In this document: positions 61,476 to 64,000 of the stretch, one piece after another
Numbering within the stretch: the first letter of the stretch is position 1
Layout of the letters: each line of letters starts with the position of its first letter
Assembly: GCA_013239625.1 (NCBI GenBank)
Contig: MU054001.1
Location: forward strand, 2,362,151-2,426,150
DNA: 64,000 nt
Origin: Lama guanicoe
Lineage: Eukaryota
Reading direction: 5' to 3'
Translations under genes and position numbers: made by a program
The notes under the pieces: generated by a model
Told to the model about the DNA's origin: nothing
Databases searched by the model: none
What the model saw: the letters and a program-made list of their open reading frames with translations, nothing else

Positions 61476-61767
61476 GAATGTTGTGTTAATTTCTGGTGTA
61501 CAGTATAGTGATTCGGTTATACATATATATATTCCTTTTCATACTGTTTTTCATTATAGGCTATTACAAGGTATTGAATATAGTTTCCTGTGCTGTACAG
61601 TAGGACCTTATTATTTATCTGTTTTATATATAATAGTGTGTATCTGCTAATCCTGAACTCCCGGTTTATCCCTCCCCACCTCCTTTCGTCCCTGGTAATA
61701 CAGCATTGTAAATCGACTATACTTCAGTTTAAAAAAAAAAAGGAAGGAAGGGAGGGAGGAAAAACAA
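61476..61767 (+). mobile_element. 5'-inverted L1 3' end with perfect 13-bp TSD
   Basis: Inverted L1 3' UTR (61477-61698), then the sense terminal segment acagcattgtaaatcgactatacttcag and an A/purine tail. TSD AGAAATTAAATCT at 61463-61475 and 61768-61780. Confidence 0.9.
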
Positions 61768-64000
61768 AGAAATTAAATCTCATCTCTTTGGTAAAGTTAC
61801 TTTCCTTGTGTTAAAAACTTCTCTGACTAGTAGAGGAAGCAACTTTAAAAAACTTTTGCCCAGCAGTAGAGAGACAGCAGGTGAGAGTTTCCTTATAGCT
61901 CTCACTTTGGAAAGGCGCGTGTGGGGACTTTATAGCTGTTCAGTGCCGGAATGAGATGAACACTTGCTGTTTTCTCAGCCCTTCTCTTCTGGTCAATACA
62001 AGGGTCAAGAACTTTGACTTAATAGAACACATTTTCTGTTATCTCTGGAGGGTTTATGTTTCCCTGGAGAAGTATGATCTTTTATGTTGAGAATTTCCCT
62101 GCTATATGTATCCTTCCCCCCGCCCCCAAGTTGTGCATTACGATAGGCAGTTTCACCTCTTTATAATCTGATGAAAATCATTCAAACATGATGAAAGTGA
62201 AAGTTCCGGCGATAGGCGTAGTTTTTGAGGGTGTGGTCTTTCTGTGCCTGCTTGCTTTTGGCGTGGAGTGTTTGGACAGCACAGTGTAGGAAGCAGCTCA
62301 TGGCCAGCGCCAGATGAACGTCCCTCAAGGAGTCTTGTTTCTTATCTCTGGGGCCTTATTATACAGGGTTTATTTTCAATGTTAATCTGGATGTGAAGGC
62401 AGCTGCAATTCTTTTTAAAAAAATCATACGCTAAATTATTTTTATTATGGCCAAAGAAATTTATAGATAGTTTCTATAGATAGATCTTACTTTTCCCCTC
62501 CTTTATAGAATATGTGGTAATTTTTCCTTTGTGCCATATATATTCTTCCACTAGTAGCAATGAGAAAAAAAATTCTCTTTCTAGGAATAAATGGAGTCAG
62601 TATAGGTTGATAAATATGTACATTTTATATAAGAGTCATTGTAAATAAGGTGCTAGCATTTTATTTTAAAGCCAAGTAGTTTGTCTTTTAAAAAAAATGT
62701 TTCTAAGCAAAAATTTCCTCCTCCAATAGGTTGCATTTTAACTGTGGCATAGCAAGAGGATTAGTAAATTTTTAGATAGGATGTACATACTGTTTTTGGT
62801 TTTAAATGTAGCCTAGCTAATATCCCTTTGTGATTGTTTTAAGATTTTTTTCATGTTTTACCTCCTTTTTGGTCACTTTTGCATGTACAGCTTGATATAA
62901 TTTGCCTTCATATAGTTGAGTCACTCTTCTGGAATAGAATTTGGATTTTGCTGAAGCGAGTAAAATTTGATATGTGATTTAAAAAGAGCTGCTTACAAAT
63001 TGCTGTATAATCATATCTTTTTAAATCCATGCAAGGAAATGTTAAGGTAATCTTGAATGTATTGGTATACAATGACTGTTTGGGACTCTTAAAAATAAAA
63101 TGCCTCCCTTAGTTAGGAATTCTTAAATTCATGGTTAGTTTATGTAAAATGCTAAAATACATTTGAGCTATACACCAGATTAACCTTGACATCTTGACTG
63201 AATTCCATGATTTGTCTTCAGGATGAAAGCCAACAGCTCCTACTTTGAAGGGATTTTATTTTATGGCTATGTTTAAGAAACCATTAGCCTCATACTCAAA
63301 CTAATTAAAATATAGGTCTAGGAGAAAAAAAAAACCTCCTTTAAAAGTAAATAAAAGATATAAAATCTTAAGTTATGGATTTCAGACTAGTTGTTTGGAA
63401 GGAATGTAATTTCCCTCCCTCCTGCCCCGAGACCTTATCAGAAGTGGGGTTTAGAGTCTCGTGTGAGCCCTTTCCTAGTAAAAGATTTTAGATAAATAAG
63501 CAAACATAGCTGGTAGGATACAGAGAACTAATGAAAGCTATACGATCACCCATCTGGTAAAAAGTTGTCCCTGCAGCATTCAAGCAATCATAAAATCACG
63601 GAAAAAATGTATGTAATCAAGATATTCTTGCAGTGTGAGCAAAAACTCCCTGCCCTGCGCTGTGAAACACTAGCCCTGACAAGTTTCCGTAGCCAGAACA
63701 GTACCAGGGGGTTCACACACTCTTAAAATTTCTTATCAAATATCTCAGACTTGCTCTTAAACTTCTGGAAATGATAGATGCGAATTAACAGACATTTCCC
63801 AGACCTCACAGGTAAGCCTGTCTGATTTAAATGATCATGGATTGCGTGTGCTGGTGAACTCTTACCACTCGTGATTTTTGAGTTAAGTAGGCTTCCAGTG
63901 TTTGGTGTGTCAAATATGACTGACAGTGGAAAATAAACACAGTTAAGTCACATCATTCTTCGGGAAGAATTTATAGGTTTTTTTGGCTCTCTTTTCAGTG

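Larger units (their letters stand above)
3496..64000 (+). other. TOX3: TOX3 intron 1 (continues past the window end)
   Basis: GT donor at 3496. No sequence encoding the next TOX3 residues (FGNNNNYMNMAE) was seen by eye or in the ORF track. The content is interspersed repeats and non-coding DNA. Confidence 0.85.

Noticed and set aside
1..64000. CRISPR array, prokaryotic operon/defence system, NUMT or processed pseudogene
   Set aside because: No regular repeat-spacer array, no gene-dense coding, and no mitochondrial or retrocopy-like sequence recognised. The window is mammalian promoter plus intron.

Overview
Mammalian genomic DNA, most likely camelid (Vicugna/Camelus), judged from two Vic-1-type tRNA-derived SINEs. 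The window holds the 5' end of TOX3 on the + strand: upstream region, CpG island (with a 261-N assembly gap), the first coding exon (3409-3495, [29 protein letters not shown]) and about 60 kb of intron 1. I did not find the next constitutive exon (FGNNNNYMN...) in the window. The intron carries ordinary eutherian repeats (L2, MIR, MLT1, MER5/20/46/58/94/102, old L1M) and younger L1 3' ends. Every other ORF in the track looks spurious. I found no convincing new multi-gene system. The best leads are three. (1) A non-functional orthologue of the alternative coding exon of human TOX3 isoform 2, lacking both ATG and GT donor, at about 29.8-30.0 kb, with a candidate upstream first exon at about 2.3 kb. 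(2) A roughly 235-bp local duplication 1,450 bp apart whose two copies differ almost only in one direction (A/T versus G/C). (3) Clean L1 insertions with perfect target-site duplications and twin-priming inversions. Repeat family names and human TOX3 comparisons come from my recall of consensus/reference sequences, not from a search, and repeat boundaries are approximate.
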